Shown piece after piece: positions 9,552-19,828 of a stretch of 60,588 nt of DNA. The position numbers and the translations under genes were made by a program. Numbering within the stretch: position 1 is the first letter of the stretch; each line of letters starts with the position of its first letter. The notes beneath the pieces are model-generated. The model had not been told where the DNA came from. It saw only the letters and a list, made by a program, of their open reading frames with translations, and searched no databases. This stretch comes from a virus (lineage: Duplodnaviria; Caudoviricetes): the IMG/VR virus record IMGVR_UViG_3300032260_000003, positions 1 to 60,588 of that record. One strand, given 5' to 3'.

Positions 9552-9898
9552 TGTCGGTCCTGCAACACGCCATGAAGTTCACTGCGAACTATCGCGCGCG
9601 CGCGGGCATCACGGCGCATGGCGATCCGACATGGGGTTCGTGGACGCCGTTCAAATGCCGCTACCAAGAGGGGCGCGAAGTCGATCGATTCAAAGGAACG
9701 CGCGGCAACGAACTCCGCTTGGAGACGATCATCCTGACGTACGACGTGGTGCCGCAAGGCGCGCAGATCGCGCTCCCAGGCGACGCGACGACCGACACGC
9801 AACTCGTACGCAAGGCGCTTCAGGTCACGCATTCACCTTCATCCATCGACAGTCGAACGCTCTACAAAGTTCGCCTCTCGAACCAGGAGACCATCTAA
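9551..9898 (+). CDS. Head closure/stopper protein
   Basis: TGATG coupling to the adaptor; HGDPTW motif; synteny. Confidence 0.6.
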   Translation: MSVLQHAMKFTANYRARAGITAHGDPTWGSWTPFKCRYQEGREVDRFKGTRGNELRLETIILTYDVVPQGAQIALPGDATTDTQLVRKALQVTHSPSSIDSRTLYKVRLSNQETI

Positions 9899-10368
9899 TG
9901 CGGGCCGTCCGCATCACCGGCGAAGCAAAGACGCGGCGAGCACTGAAGGAATTCGGTCGGGCCGGTCCGCGCGCCGTTGCAGCGGCTCTGCACGAAGCTG
10001 GGATGGAGATCCTCAACGCGTCGCTGAAAGAGGCGCCGGTCGACACCGCCGAGCTTCGACGCTCCGGCTACGTCGCCGTTCCGTCAACATCCGCGCAACG
10101 ACTCACGGTCGAAGTCGGCTACACCGCAAAGCACGCCGTGCGGATCCACGAAACAAATCGAACGTATCGCGCGCCCGGCACCAAATGGCGCTACCTCGCC
10201 GATCCGTTCGAACGCCTCAAAGGATCTGTTTTCCGTCGCGTCCAAGCGCGTGCGGCCGAACTGGTCAAAAGCGGCGGTAAAATTCCGACACGACACGTCA
10301 CGCGGCGTCGAACACAGGGCGATTCGTCGCTTCTTGCATCGTTCCGCGCGCGACACGGAGGTACCTGA
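9898..10368 (+). CDS. HK97 gp10-like neck protein
   Basis: APVDTAELRRSG, VGYTAKHAVRIHE, KWRYL. Confidence 0.8.
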   Translation: MRAVRITGEAKTRRALKEFGRAGPRAVAAALHEAGMEILNASLKEAPVDTAELRRSGYVAVPSTSAQRLTVEVGYTAKHAVRIHETNRTYRAPGTKWRYLADPFERLKGSVFRRVQARAAELVKSGGKIPTRHVTRRRTQGDSSLLASFRARHGGT

Positions 10369-10772
10369 TGCCCGCTTCGATCGGTCTCGACATCGCAACA
10401 GCGGCGGCAACCACACTCGGGTTGACGTTGGGCACGCAGGTGTTCGCGTCACCCCCGCGCGAGGATGGCGAATTCGTCACGCTACCGGCAGTTTTCGTAA
10501 TGGCGCACGGCGGAGTGAAAGCAATGCCGCTGCGCGCCGACTCACCGCGCGAAATCAAACCGAACACGGTCCACGTCGACGTGCGCGCGCTCCCGGACGA
10601 TTTCGAAGGCGGAAACTTGCTGGCGTACAACGCGCGCGAAGCAATCGGATACGCCGTGCCCGCCGGCTACATCGACGTGCAGCCGATCGAAAGCTACCCA
10701 ATGTATCTCGGACAAAACGAGAACGGCTCACATTGCTGGGCCATGAATTTCCGAGTGGACGTGGAGGAGTGA
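10368..10772 (+). CDS. Tail terminator / minor capsid-family protein
   Basis: PMYLGQNENGSHCWAMNF C-terminus; synteny. Confidence 0.7.
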   Translation: MPASIGLDIATAAATTLGLTLGTQVFASPPREDGEFVTLPAVFVMAHGGVKAMPLRADSPREIKPNTVHVDVRALPDDFEGGNLLAYNAREAIGYAVPAGYIDVQPIESYPMYLGQNENGSHCWAMNFRVDVEE

Positions 10773-11023
10773 TGGAACAAAAAGTCGAAATCAATCGAGC
10801 ACTCAAGGTGACGCTTTCGGACGGCCGGGTGGTTGGCTTTCCGACAAAAGGCACCTATCAAATGAGTGAAGAAGTTCGCGCGGCATTGCCGAAAGACGCG
10901 ATCGTCGAGGAACTCGAAGTTCCGAATGGCGCATACACGAACCGCGCACTGATCTCAAAAAACGAAGGCGTCGGCGGTCGTGTCGTCTCAGCCTCTAAAC
11001 GCAAAAAAGTGAGCAAGGAGTAA
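10772..11023 (+). CDS. Small hypothetical virion-region protein
   Basis: GGAGGAG RBS; coupled to upstream stop. Confidence 0.6.
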   Translation: MEQKVEINRALKVTLSDGRVVGFPTKGTYQMSEEVRAALPKDAIVEELEVPNGAYTNRALISKNEGVGGRVVSASKRKKVSKE

Positions 11024-11026
11024 GCC

Positions 11027-11383
11027 ATGGCCGTTCTCAGCGTGCAAAACATCATCAACCAGGGGAGCCGTTTGGGCGGTCTCGAACCCACCTTCGCATC
11101 AGCCGGCACCGCCGGTGATTCATTCGTCAATGACGGCAACACCGTCTTGCTGGTCGACAACACCAGCGGCGCCGATATCACCCTCACGGTGACCGCAGCG
11201 TCGGACGTCAACGGTCGAGCCGTGGACGAAGTCTTCACCGTCGGCACCGCGTCGAACGGCGTGTCGATTCTCGGGCCGTTTCCGCGTGACATGTTCAACG
11301 TCGGCGGCAGCGCGAGCTTCACATACAGCGCCGTCGGTTCATTGACCGTCGCTCCCGTTCGGTTGCTCGCCCTCCCGACGTAA
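11027..11383 (+). CDS. Small structural protein
   Basis: AAGGAG RBS; GDSFVNDG..ILGPFP pattern of phage structural proteins. Confidence 0.65.
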   Translation: MAVLSVQNIINQGSRLGGLEPTFASAGTAGDSFVNDGNTVLLVDNTSGADITLTVTAASDVNGRAVDEVFTVGTASNGVSILGPFPRDMFNVGGSASFTYSAVGSLTVAPVRLLALPT

Positions 11384-11426
11384 TCAGACTGCTCCTCGAA
11401 GCTAATCGAGAAGAAAGGAACACAAC

Positions 11427-11846
11427 ATGTCCGTACGACAAGGCCGTTTCGGCATCATCGCTTTCAGCTTCGATGGAGGCGTCACGTACACAAACGGCTC
11501 GCGAGTCGTCGACATCACGATCAACCAAGAGACCGACGAAGTGGAATTCACCTCGCACGACTCGCAAGGCAATCGTGAGTATCAGGCCGGTCTTTCGAAT
11601 TCCTCGATCGACTTCAACCTGATCTACGACGACAGCGACGCCGGCTTCATCAACCTCGAAAACTCCTACGACGCGAAGGCGACGTTTCAGTTTCGGTTCC
11701 GCCCGAGCGAGGCTTCCGGCCTCCCCGAGCAGTCCGGGTCGGGGTTCCTGACGAGCTTTTCCCAAGCCGCGCCGTTGGACGGCATGCAGACCGTCGACTG
11801 CTCAATGCGAGTGAGCGGCGGAATTCAGCGTTCGTCGCAGGCGTAA
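11427..11846 (+). CDS. Major tail tube protein (TP901-1-like)
   Basis: DEVEFTSHDSQGNREYQAGL, GSGFLTSFS..APLDG; lies before TAC and TMP. Confidence 0.88.
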   Translation: MSVRQGRFGIIAFSFDGGVTYTNGSRVVDITINQETDEVEFTSHDSQGNREYQAGLSNSSIDFNLIYDDSDAGFINLENSYDAKATFQFRFRPSEASGLPEQSGSGFLTSFSQAAPLDGMQTVDCSMRVSGGIQRSSQA

Positions 11847-11872
11847 TTCAGACAAACAGATAGGAGGCATCT

Positions 11873-12325
11873 GTGAGTACAAAAGGAAATGCCGAGGTCG
11901 TCATCGCAGGAGACACGTATCAAATCGTGTACGACTGGAATTCGATGCAAATCTTGGAAGAGAAAGAAGGCCGATCGTTTGGCCAGATTTTCGGAATCGA
12001 CGACAACGATGGCGAGATGCACTTCGACCCGTCGGTGAAGTTTGTGGTCAACGCATTGATCGCCGGCCTGGCCAAAAACCATCCAGGGATGTCGAAGCGT
12101 TCGCAGGTCATCAAAATGCTCGAAGCGGACGAGCGATCGTTCACCGACGTTTTCAGCGTCGTTGTGCAGGCTGTGATGAACGCGATGATGGGCTTCTTCG
12201 GCTACAACATCGATCCTGACGTCCAAGAGAAGTTCGCCGAGGACACCAAAACGGGGGAAGAAAAAGCGCCGGCCGTCGAGGCCCCGACACCGGCGCGAAG
12301 CAGCGTATCGGATCTGTCGATCTAA
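11873..12325 (+). CDS. Tail assembly chaperone (G)
   Basis: AGGAGG RBS with GTG start; between tube and tape measure. Confidence 0.85.
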   Translation: MSTKGNAEVVIAGDTYQIVYDWNSMQILEEKEGRSFGQIFGIDDNDGEMHFDPSVKFVVNALIAGLAKNHPGMSKRSQVIKMLEADERSFTDVFSVVVQAVMNAMMGFFGYNIDPDVQEKFAEDTKTGEEKAPAVEAPTPARSSVSDLSI

Positions 12326-12639
12326 ACCTGTACCGTGCGGCTGCGTTGGGCGTCCAGCCAGCCGCATTTTGGAGAATGACGTATGCGGAACTCATCATCT
12401 TCTCACTCGGACAAGGCGCGCGCGACTTCGGCATCCAGTATTTCTCGGCAACCTGCACGGCAAACATCATGCAGTCGGCGAATTGGGGAATGTCGTCGAA
12501 GCCGCTCAAGGTCAGTGGCGAGGATTTGATGGGGTTGAAGAAACCAGCACCGTTGTACCGCGGTTCCGTCGTCGACAGGCTGAAAGCCGCCGCTGAGGAC
12601 GCGCGCGAAGCGCATTTCGAGGAGGTAATCAAGGAATAG
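12253..12639 (+). CDS. Tail assembly chaperone C-terminal extension (GT) reached by -1 frameshift
   Basis: Slippery G GGG GAA at 12253-12259; -1 frame open to 12639 and encodes AALGVQPAAFWRMTYAEL. Confidence 0.8.
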   Translation, partial: GGRKSAGRRGPDTGAKQRIGSVDLNLYRAAALGVQPAAFWRMTYAELIIFSLGQGARDFGIQYFSATCTANIMQSANWGMSSKPLKVSGEDLMGLKKPAPLYRGSVVDRLKAAAEDAREAHFEEVIKE

Positions 12640-12640
12640 A

Positions 12641-15600
12641 ATGCCGACCGTCGGACGAATTCGTGTCGAGCTACTTGCCGTCACTCGCGGGTTCAATCGC
12701 GGACTGAGCCGATCCTCTCGTATGATGGGGCGGGTCGTCAGCGATATGCGCGCGGCCTCGTTCGCCGGTGCGGCATTGTCCGCCACGCTCATCAAGCTCG
12801 GGAAGTCCGTCGGCTCGACGTTCGCGAATGTCCAACAGGGCATCGTCACGGTGGTCGCAAAACTCCGAGGCGGTGCCAACGAGATCAAAATCTTCAACAA
12901 GGAAGTGCTTCGACTTTCGAAATCGACGGAACACACGGCCACCACCGTCACGAGCGCGTTCGGCGTTCTTGCGCAACGCGGTCTCAGCGGTAAGCAGTCG
13001 ATTCAAGCCGCGCCGAACGTGCTGTCGTTGGCCACCGCGACGGACACTGATCCGTCGACCGCATCCGACATTCTGATCGGTGCGCTCCAGTCCACCCGGC
13101 AGGAGATGTCGAAGTCGACCGAAATGGCCGACTTGCTCGCTGCCGCGCACAACCGAACCGCGGCCACGATGGAAGAACTCGCAGGCGGCATCCGATTCGC
13201 GGGACCCGTCGTTGAGGCCACGGGCGGTTCGTTCAAAGGCATGGTGGCGGCGTTGGCCGCCGCGCGCGCGGGCTTCTTGTCCACGACCATCGCCGGCCGC
13301 GGCATGTCCTCGTTGATTGGGCAGTTGCAGAAATTCGCTGGCACGTCAGGCAAAGCGGGCAAAGCGATCCGCGAACTCGGACTCGAATCCCTGATTCTCG
13401 AACGCGACCGCTTTCCCGAGATGTCTGAAATCACCGAAGTGTTGAAACGGAAGTTCGACGCGCTCGGCGGCAACATGAACAAGTTCGGCGCGATCCTCGG
13501 GCGCGCGATGCCAAACAACGCCCGTCGATTCATCTCGGTCCTGATCAACATGCAGGACGAACAAAAGCGCGTCCTCGGGGAACTGGACAACGTCAGCGGC
13601 TTCGCACAGAACGTCGCCACAAAGCGACTCAATACGCTTGCGGGCCGGTTCGCAATCCTGACGTCAAACCTCGAAGCGTTGGCGGAGGGCATCGGCGCCA
13701 AGCTCGAACCGACGTTCAACAAGCTGATCAAAACCGGACAAGGCGTCATCAACTTTCTGAACAAACTCGACAAAGAGACCATCCAAATGGGCGCGAAGTT
13801 CGCCGTAGTGTTCACCGCAGTCGGCGGCGCGGTCGCGGCACTCGGCATCCTTGTCACTTTGCTTCGCCCGATCGTGTCCATCATCTCACTTGTCGGGGCC
13901 GCGTTCACCAGCGCTTTCACGCTTCCCGTCGGCGCGGCGCTGCTTGCGGTATTCGGCCTGCTCGCTCTCGCGGGATCCTTTGCAAACGCATGGCCTGACG
14001 CGCTCGATGATGTTAAATCCGGGTGGAATACAGTGCGCGATGCGACGATGGACGCAATCAGGTCAGCGATCAAATACAACACAATCTTCGGCAATGCCGT
14101 CGACAAATTTTTCGCACTCGACGACGCACAAAAAACTTTGGCGAGCCTCGGATTCGCAGTGAGTCGCGAAGGCGTCCGCGATTTCGGCGACGGAAAGGGC
14201 GAAGAACTTATCACGTCAAAAGATGATCTGCTTAAACGCGCGCTTACGACATTCGACGGACCCGAAAAACAGCGGCGCACGCCTGAAACAATGGCGAAAG
14301 TAGTTACAGCGCTTGAGACCATTGGAAAGTACGACGAAGACGCGCCAAGCATCGCTAAAGAACTGGCGCAAGTTATCCAGGAACGCGACACGCGCGCGCC
14401 GTTCAACACTGGAAGCATTGTTGAAAATGCGATGGGTGACGTCAAAGCCGGATTCCTCAAGGGCCTCGACATGCTTGAGTTCTCGAAACTCGGGGAGATG
14501 TTCGAGAAGGCAGGACAAGGCGGGGTCGATGCACTCTTCGGCGACGGCGCGTTCGAGAATCTGAAAACGCAGATGGCGTCGCTCGGCGACAAGTTCAAGG
14601 AACTGAAGTTCGACATCGCCAATGCAAAAATCGGCGCCCCCGTTACGAAGAAAACAAGTCCATGGGCGAGTGCTGGCGAACAGCAACGTCGACTCAACTT
14701 AATCAAGGGGCATAGCGGCGTTGCGTCGCCATCGTTCGGATCGTCATCCATCGCAAGCAGCGCGACAATGGCGCCCGGCGTGGGGCGGTCCGAAGTTTCA
14801 GGCAAATTCATGACGAAGGGTTTGCAGTCCTTCGGCGAAATGATGGACACGATCGGCGTCGGCGGCACAGCCATCTTCACGGAATTTCTCGAGTGGCTCG
14901 GCATCACCACCGAAGGCGGACTGAAACAAATGACCTTCGCGATGGACGACATGAGCCAGGCTGCGGACAAATTCATCGGCAAGTTCAATGAAGCTGGCGA
15001 GTTCGAAGGCGGCGCGCTTGTTCAAAGTCTTGGCCAATTCCAAGGTGCCATCGAAGCATTCCTTTCGGGCGACATCGTCGGCGGCATCTTCGAACTGTTG
15101 ATGCAATCCGATCAATTCAAAGGAACGATGACGATCATTGGCGGCATTCTTCAAGAAGTCGCCAACTTGATTGGATCAGTCCTTGAGCCCCTGAAACCCA
15201 TCTTCGGCGCCATTTCCATCTTGGCCAATTCGATTCTCAAGCCGTTGGTTCCGGCGTTTGAAGCGTTGGGCGCAATGTTTGCTCCGTTCGCTTCAATCCT
15301 TGTGTCGATTGCCGACGCGATGATGCCGTTCTTCGAAATCGTCACGCAGATTCTCGTTCCGGTTTTTGAATTCGCGGCTCAAATCATGCGCGTTTTTGCC
15401 GCGGTGGTCGGTGTCGTAATGAAAGTCATCGAATCGGTCATTCGTACCGCTTTGATCCCCATCGTGTGGATCTTCAACGCAATCATCACTGTCGTTGTTT
15501 GGGTTCTTCGCGCCGTTGACGCCGTCATCGGCTTCATCACAGATGCCGCAGGAGATCTTGCTGACAAACTCGAAAGCAAAAAAGTCGACATCGACGCAAT

Positions 15601-16105
15601 CATCAAAAAGGCGGGCGATTCGTGGAAAGAAGTTACCGACGATCCATTTGCGCGCGTCGACAACAACATGGGCCGAGCCGCGGATGAAGCCGACCGGCTC
15701 AGCGACACGCTATCCGATGTGAACGGCGAACTTCGCAACGTCCCCCAAGGATTCAAAATCGCCGCGGCGCGCTTCAGCGCACAAGACGCCATGGATGCGT
15801 CCGGCAAACACGAAGTCGGCCGCGTTGGCTCCAAGGGCCTGACCGGACGACGGCCGCATCGACCCGGATTTGCGACCGGTGGCCTCATCGCCGGCCGTGG
15901 ATTGGCCATGGTCGCCGAACAGGGACCCGAGTTGATTCTTCCGCTCAGTCGTCTAGGTTCATTGGGAGGAACGACGAGTCACAACTACACCATTCATGCG
16001 CTCGACCCGGCCGACGCCTATCGGAAAATCCGAGAAGCGGGCCGACGAGAAGACCTGGCTGAGGGCCGCGTCGGAGCACGATACAACACACCTCGGTTCC
16101 GCTAG
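12641..16105 (+). CDS. Tape measure protein (TP901 family)
   Basis: 1154 aa, Ala/Gly-rich helical; TP901 core region; hydrophobic repeats; FATGG near C-terminus. Confidence 0.95.
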   Translation: MPTVGRIRVELLAVTRGFNRGLSRSSRMMGRVVSDMRAASFAGAALSATLIKLGKSVGSTFANVQQGIVTVVAKLRGGANEIKIFNKEVLRLSKSTEHTATTVTSAFGVLAQRGLSGKQSIQAAPNVLSLATATDTDPSTASDILIGALQSTRQEMSKSTEMADLLAAAHNRTAATMEELAGGIRFAGPVVEATGGSFKGMVAALAAARAGFLSTTIAGRGMSSLIGQLQKFAGTSGKAGKAIRELGLESLILERDRFPEMSEITEVLKRKFDALGGNMNKFGAILGRAMPNNARRFISVLINMQDEQKRVLGELDNVSGFAQNVATKRLNTLAGRFAILTSNLEALAEGIGAKLEPTFNKLIKTGQGVINFLNKLDKETIQMGAKFAVVFTAVGGAVAALGILVTLLRPIVSIISLVGAAFTSAFTLPVGAALLAVFGLLALAGSFANAWPDALDDVKSGWNTVRDATMDAIRSAIKYNTIFGNAVDKFFALDDAQKTLASLGFAVSREGVRDFGDGKGEELITSKDDLLKRALTTFDGPEKQRRTPETMAKVVTALETIGKYDEDAPSIAKELAQVIQERDTRAPFNTGSIVENAMGDVKAGFLKGLDMLEFSKLGEMFEKAGQGGVDALFGDGAFENLKTQMASLGDKFKELKFDIANAKIGAPVTKKTSPWASAGEQQRRLNLIKGHSGVASPSFGSSSIASSATMAPGVGRSEVSGKFMTKGLQSFGEMMDTIGVGGTAIFTEFLEWLGITTEGGLKQMTFAMDDMSQAADKFIGKFNEAGEFEGGALVQSLGQFQGAIEAFLSGDIVGGIFELLMQSDQFKGTMTIIGGILQEVANLIGSVLEPLKPIFGAISILANSILKPLVPAFEALGAMFAPFASILVSIADAMMPFFEIVTQILVPVFEFAAQIMRVFAAVVGVVMKVIESVIRTALIPIVWIFNAIITVVVWVLRAVDAVIGFITDAAGDLADKLESKKVDIDAIIKKAGDSWKEVTDDPFARVDNNMGRAADEADRLSDTLSDVNGELRNVPQGFKIAAARFSAQDAMDASGKHEVGRVGSKGLTGRRPHRPGFATGGLIAGRGLAMVAEQGPELILPLSRLGSLGGTTSHNYTIHALDPADAYRKIREAGRREDLAEGRVGARYNTPRFR

Positions 16106-16114
16106 GAGGATCCA

Positions 16115-16441
16115 ATGCCGTTGAACATCGAACAATCAGAATTGCGAAACGCCATCGCATCCGCCGCGCAAAAACGAAGTGTGATCGTCGACGGCGCCGA
16201 AAAGATCGCACAGACCAGCCCCGAAGAGTGGCTACTGCACCGCACTCGATACGCACTCATTCGCACCCGACGCCTCGACGTCGCACCGGTCCAGCCGTAC
16301 AAACTGGATCCCGAACTCGCCGCGCACATGGCAAAGCTCGGTCTGGTGAAAATCACAAGCCCCAAGCCCGAGAAAAAGACCGAGCACGTCATTCCATGCG
16401 AGTTGACGGACCTCGGCCGCGACATTCGCGACACGCTGTAA
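16115..16441 (+). CDS. Hypothetical protein
   Basis: GGAGGA RBS; 108 aa. Confidence 0.65.
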   Translation: MPLNIEQSELRNAIASAAQKRSVIVDGAEKIAQTSPEEWLLHRTRYALIRTRRLDVAPVQPYKLDPELAAHMAKLGLVKITSPKPEKKTEHVIPCELTDLGRDIRDTL

Positions 16442-16451
16442 GGAGCATTCG

Positions 16452-16865
16452 ATGGTCAATTTCCTCTACGACGCCGCGCGCGAAGACATGCTCGACGGCA
16501 CCTTTCCCGATATTTCAACCGTCGATGTTCGCGTCATCCTGTATGACGCCGCCGACGACACTCCCGCGACAAGTGACGACTTCCTCGATGACGTCGTTGC
16601 CGGTTCGCGCGTTGCGACTTCCGCCGCGACCCTCGGTTCACAGACCGTCACGGCCGGCGTGTTCGATGCCGCCGACGAAGTCTTCGCCTCGGTGACCGGC
16701 GACCAGTCCGAAGGGCTGATCATCTACTACCACACCGGCGTTGAAGCGACGTCACTTCTGATCGCGCACATCGACACCGGCGTCACGGGCCTACCCGTCA
16801 CTCCCAATGGCGGCAACATTACGGTGACGTGGAACGCATCAGGCATCTTCACCATCGGAGGGTAA
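16452..16865 (+). CDS. Virion structural protein
   Basis: DFLDDV..GVFDAAD..SVTGDQSE..GLPVTPNGGNITVTW, a common phage structural pattern. Confidence 0.75.
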   Translation: MVNFLYDAAREDMLDGTFPDISTVDVRVILYDAADDTPATSDDFLDDVVAGSRVATSAATLGSQTVTAGVFDAADEVFASVTGDQSEGLIIYYHTGVEATSLLIAHIDTGVTGLPVTPNGGNITVTWNASGIFTIGG

Positions 16866-16868
16866 CAA

Positions 16869-17228
16869 ATGCCGTCGACCAAAGTTACGACCGCGATTCA
16901 CAGCGGCACGTCGCTCGGCGCTGGCAGCGGCGACACCACGTCTTCGGTCATCACGATCGACGATGGTTACGGCGGCAAGCTGTGGATCAAACACACAAAC
17001 GGCGCGACGGCGCCGACAATCCCCGCGCAGACTGTCATCGAAGAGTCCGGCGACAACACCGAATTCTACGCGGTGGCGACGGTGTACGGCACGACAATCA
17101 ACAGTGACATCGTGTCGCATCCGCACAAAGTTGGAATCGGCGTCGAATACATTCGGCTAGTTTCCGGATCCAACACCGGCCAGGCGGTGACCATCGACGC
17201 AGACATCTGCGAAGTAACCGCAACATAG
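16869..17228 (+). CDS. Putative structural protein (beta-sandwich)
   Basis: GGAGGG RBS; Thr/Gly-rich. Confidence 0.65.
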   Translation: MPSTKVTTAIHSGTSLGAGSGDTTSSVITIDDGYGGKLWIKHTNGATAPTIPAQTVIEESGDNTEFYAVATVYGTTINSDIVSHPHKVGIGVEYIRLVSGSNTGQAVTIDADICEVTAT

Positions 17229-17237
17229 GAAGTAACT

Positions 17238-17756
17238 ATGACGCATCAATTCGAGCATCTGTGGGCGACGCGACCGATCGTTGACGTCCTTTCATCCAAA
17301 GCGCAGGTTGTCATTTTGTACGTGGCCGACATGCGCTTCGACTGGAAGGAAGCGCGCCCGATTCTCGCGAACGGCCGGCGGCTGCACACGTTCCTCGAAT
17401 ACGTCGCGCTCGAACGCCCCAACGATGCCGTGCTTCTGTCGCTCCGCGATAGCCGAAAAACGTCGTGGTCATTGCAGCAATGCGGAACCTGCGCAGGATG
17501 CAAATCGCGGCCGAGTTTGATCGCGGCGCACGATCGAGCATCAGCAGCGGTCGCAAGCCACCACAAAGCACACGTGGCCGCCATCAATGCTGCGCGCGAT
17601 CCCAACGTGCCAAAATCTCCCGTGCATCTTGACGCGATCAGAGACCGAAACGACGCATGGAATGCGCTGTACGAACGCATCGGCAAGACGGTCGCTGCGC
17701 GGAAATATTGTGAGCAACGGCTTTGGCGTCCGGACGATTGGAGTCCCGTTGCGTGA
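17238..17756 (+). CDS. Hypothetical protein with CxxCxxC
   Basis: AGGAAG RBS; GTGA coupling to next gene. Confidence 0.6.
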   Translation: MTHQFEHLWATRPIVDVLSSKAQVVILYVADMRFDWKEARPILANGRRLHTFLEYVALERPNDAVLLSLRDSRKTSWSLQQCGTCAGCKSRPSLIAAHDRASAAVASHHKAHVAAINAARDPNVPKSPVHLDAIRDRNDAWNALYERIGKTVAARKYCEQRLWRPDDWSPVA

Positions 17757-19492
17757 CGCACGTCTTCCCGCCAGGCCGCATCGTACAAACTGATACGAAC
17801 ATCGGACGCAGCGTTGTTGCGTCATGGGATTTCTACGGCCAATCAGAAACGTCAGACGGCGACGCATTCCTTGAAACCACCGGCGGACGACTCGCCGGCC
17901 TCGACGGAGACGGTGATCTTCAGTGGTTCGTTGATGCCGGCTCGGATCCGGTTCCACGCTACGGTGAAGTTCTCGTCGCAAGCGACCAAGGCGTAGAGCA
18001 CGCCAGTCCGCGCACGACGCAGCGATTCGATTTTCGTGGCGCCAACCTCGACCTCGGGCGTTCCATCGAGTTCATCTTTCGCACCGCATCCGCATGGAGC
18101 GGCGACGCCAACATCGCATTTCAATTTGCGCAGGCCACTGATCTCTGGCGCTTCGGATTCAACGCAGGCGATTTCTACTTCCTCGTCCTTGAAGACGACT
18201 ATGACTTCGCAGCCATCGGCAACGCATCTGGTGGGCCGCCGATCGACAACGCCGCCGACGTCACACAACACCTCGTCGGCACGTGGGACTACTCGCGAAA
18301 CACCTTGGACTTCTACTACCAGGGTGGCCTATGCGGCATCGACACGTGGACCAGTCCTCTGATGCCCGTCGGCTCGGAACAACCACGCGGCTGCGAATTC
18401 CCCGTCGACGGCCACACCAACAGTCTCGGACTCATTGCGATGCGCGTGTATGACCGCGCTTTGACTCAACCCGAAATCTCTTTGCTAGCGAACAACTACC
18501 AGTACGTCTTGCATGAAGACGAAGACGACGAATTTGTGCCGCTGTTCGCCGCCGCGGGTGCCGCCCCGCAAACACTAACTCCGGGCGCGTACGCTTCCAC
18601 GACCACCATCTCGGCGCCAACCGTTACAAACGCCGCACAAGACGTGCAGCCGGGCGTGAATGCCACCACGACAACGTTTTCAGCCCCGACCGTTTCGCCG
18701 GGCGCCGTCGATTTGACCCCGGGCGCCCTCGCGTCGACGACCTCGTTCCCAGCGGCCTCTGTTGCCGTCGGTCCGGTCACCCTCACGCCGGGCTTGTTCG
18801 GATCGACGACATCGTTCCCGGTTCCGGCGGTTTCAACCGGCGCAGTAGATCTCGCGCCGGGGTTGGTCGACTCGACCACGACGTTCGACGCATCCACGAT
18901 CACGGTTGGCCCTGTCACCCTGACACCCGGCTTGTTCGATTCAACCACAACGTTTGACGCAATCATCGTCACGCCCGGCGCTGTTGATCTCACGCCCGGA
19001 CTCATGTCGACGACGACGTCCATCTTCGCGCCGACCATCACTTCGGGCTTGCAGTTGTTCGCCCCGGTCATCGCTTCCACAACCTCGTTCCCGTCCGCAA
19101 CGTTGGCGCCGGGGCCCGTCGATTTGGGACCAAGCCTCCAGATCACGTCGACGGTGTTCCCGGCGCCGACTGTTGCACCTGGTGCAGTAGATCTCGCGCC
19201 CGGTGCTCTTGCGTCAACGACTTCGTTCTTCTCGCCGACCCTCGACCAACTCACGGTTTTGACCCCGGCGCTGTACGCATCGACGACGACGTTCTCTGCT
19301 TCGGTCGTCACCACAGGCGGCGTCACACTCACCGCTCCGTTGCTCGCCACGACGACCACGTTTTACGCGCCCACCGTCATCGCCGGCATCGTGCTCGGCG
19401 CGGCCATCACGGTCTCGGGCCTTCCCAGCAACAACTTGATTTCACTCGGAGTCGCGGTCGATAGTATTATCGGCGGGAACACAGAGGGCTAA
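17753..19492 (+). CDS. LamG/ConA-like domain plus 12 Thr/Pro-rich ~23-aa repeats (fibre or adhesin)
   Basis: QHLVGTWD..FYYQG..MRVYDRALT LamG signature; repeats VDLTPGxxxSTTSFxAPTVxxG. Confidence 0.75.
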   Translation: MTHVFPPGRIVQTDTNIGRSVVASWDFYGQSETSDGDAFLETTGGRLAGLDGDGDLQWFVDAGSDPVPRYGEVLVASDQGVEHASPRTTQRFDFRGANLDLGRSIEFIFRTASAWSGDANIAFQFAQATDLWRFGFNAGDFYFLVLEDDYDFAAIGNASGGPPIDNAADVTQHLVGTWDYSRNTLDFYYQGGLCGIDTWTSPLMPVGSEQPRGCEFPVDGHTNSLGLIAMRVYDRALTQPEISLLANNYQYVLHEDEDDEFVPLFAAAGAAPQTLTPGAYASTTTISAPTVTNAAQDVQPGVNATTTTFSAPTVSPGAVDLTPGALASTTSFPAASVAVGPVTLTPGLFGSTTSFPVPAVSTGAVDLAPGLVDSTTTFDASTITVGPVTLTPGLFDSTTTFDAIIVTPGAVDLTPGLMSTTTSIFAPTITSGLQLFAPVIASTTSFPSATLAPGPVDLGPSLQITSTVFPAPTVAPGAVDLAPGALASTTSFFSPTLDQLTVLTPALYASTTTFSASVVTTGGVTLTAPLLATTTTFYAPTVIAGIVLGAAITVSGLPSNNLISLGVAVDSIIGGNTEG

Positions 19493-19828
19493 ATGGCACG
19501 ACAGAATGACATTCGACGATCCATCGTCATCCCTCTGACGCGTGACGGCGTTGCATGGGACATTTCGGCCGCATCGGCTATCGCGATCAACATCCTCAAA
19601 CCAAGCGGCGCCACCACAGTCACGACGGGCACATTCGCTTCGACCACGTATCTTGCTTCGTACACAGGCCCCGGTGACGGCACTGACGGCTACATCGCCA
19701 TGTTCACCGACGCACTCGACTTCGACGAAGAGGGCAACCACTTCATCGACGTGCACATCGACGATCTCGCCGGAGCGGACCTCGCCAGCGACACCATCCA
19801 CCAATTCATTCCTCGACGGGTGGTCTGA
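19493..19828 (+). CDS. BppU N-terminal-like structural protein
   Basis: WDIS..KPSG..DGTDG..DFDEEG pattern. Confidence 0.55.
   Translation: MARQNDIRRSIVIPLTRDGVAWDISAASAIAINILKPSGATTVTTGTFASTTYLASYTGPGDGTDGYIAMFTDALDFDEEGNHFIDVHIDDLAGADLASDTIHQFIPRRVV

Noticed and set aside
13003-14988. 661-aa minus-strand ORF
   Set aside because: Antisense shadow of the tape measure gene, expected in GC-rich DNA.
18560-19380. Diversity-generating or DNA-level repeat array
   Set aside because: The repeats are conserved at protein level with synonymous divergence; no reverse transcriptase or template/variable repeat pair was seen.
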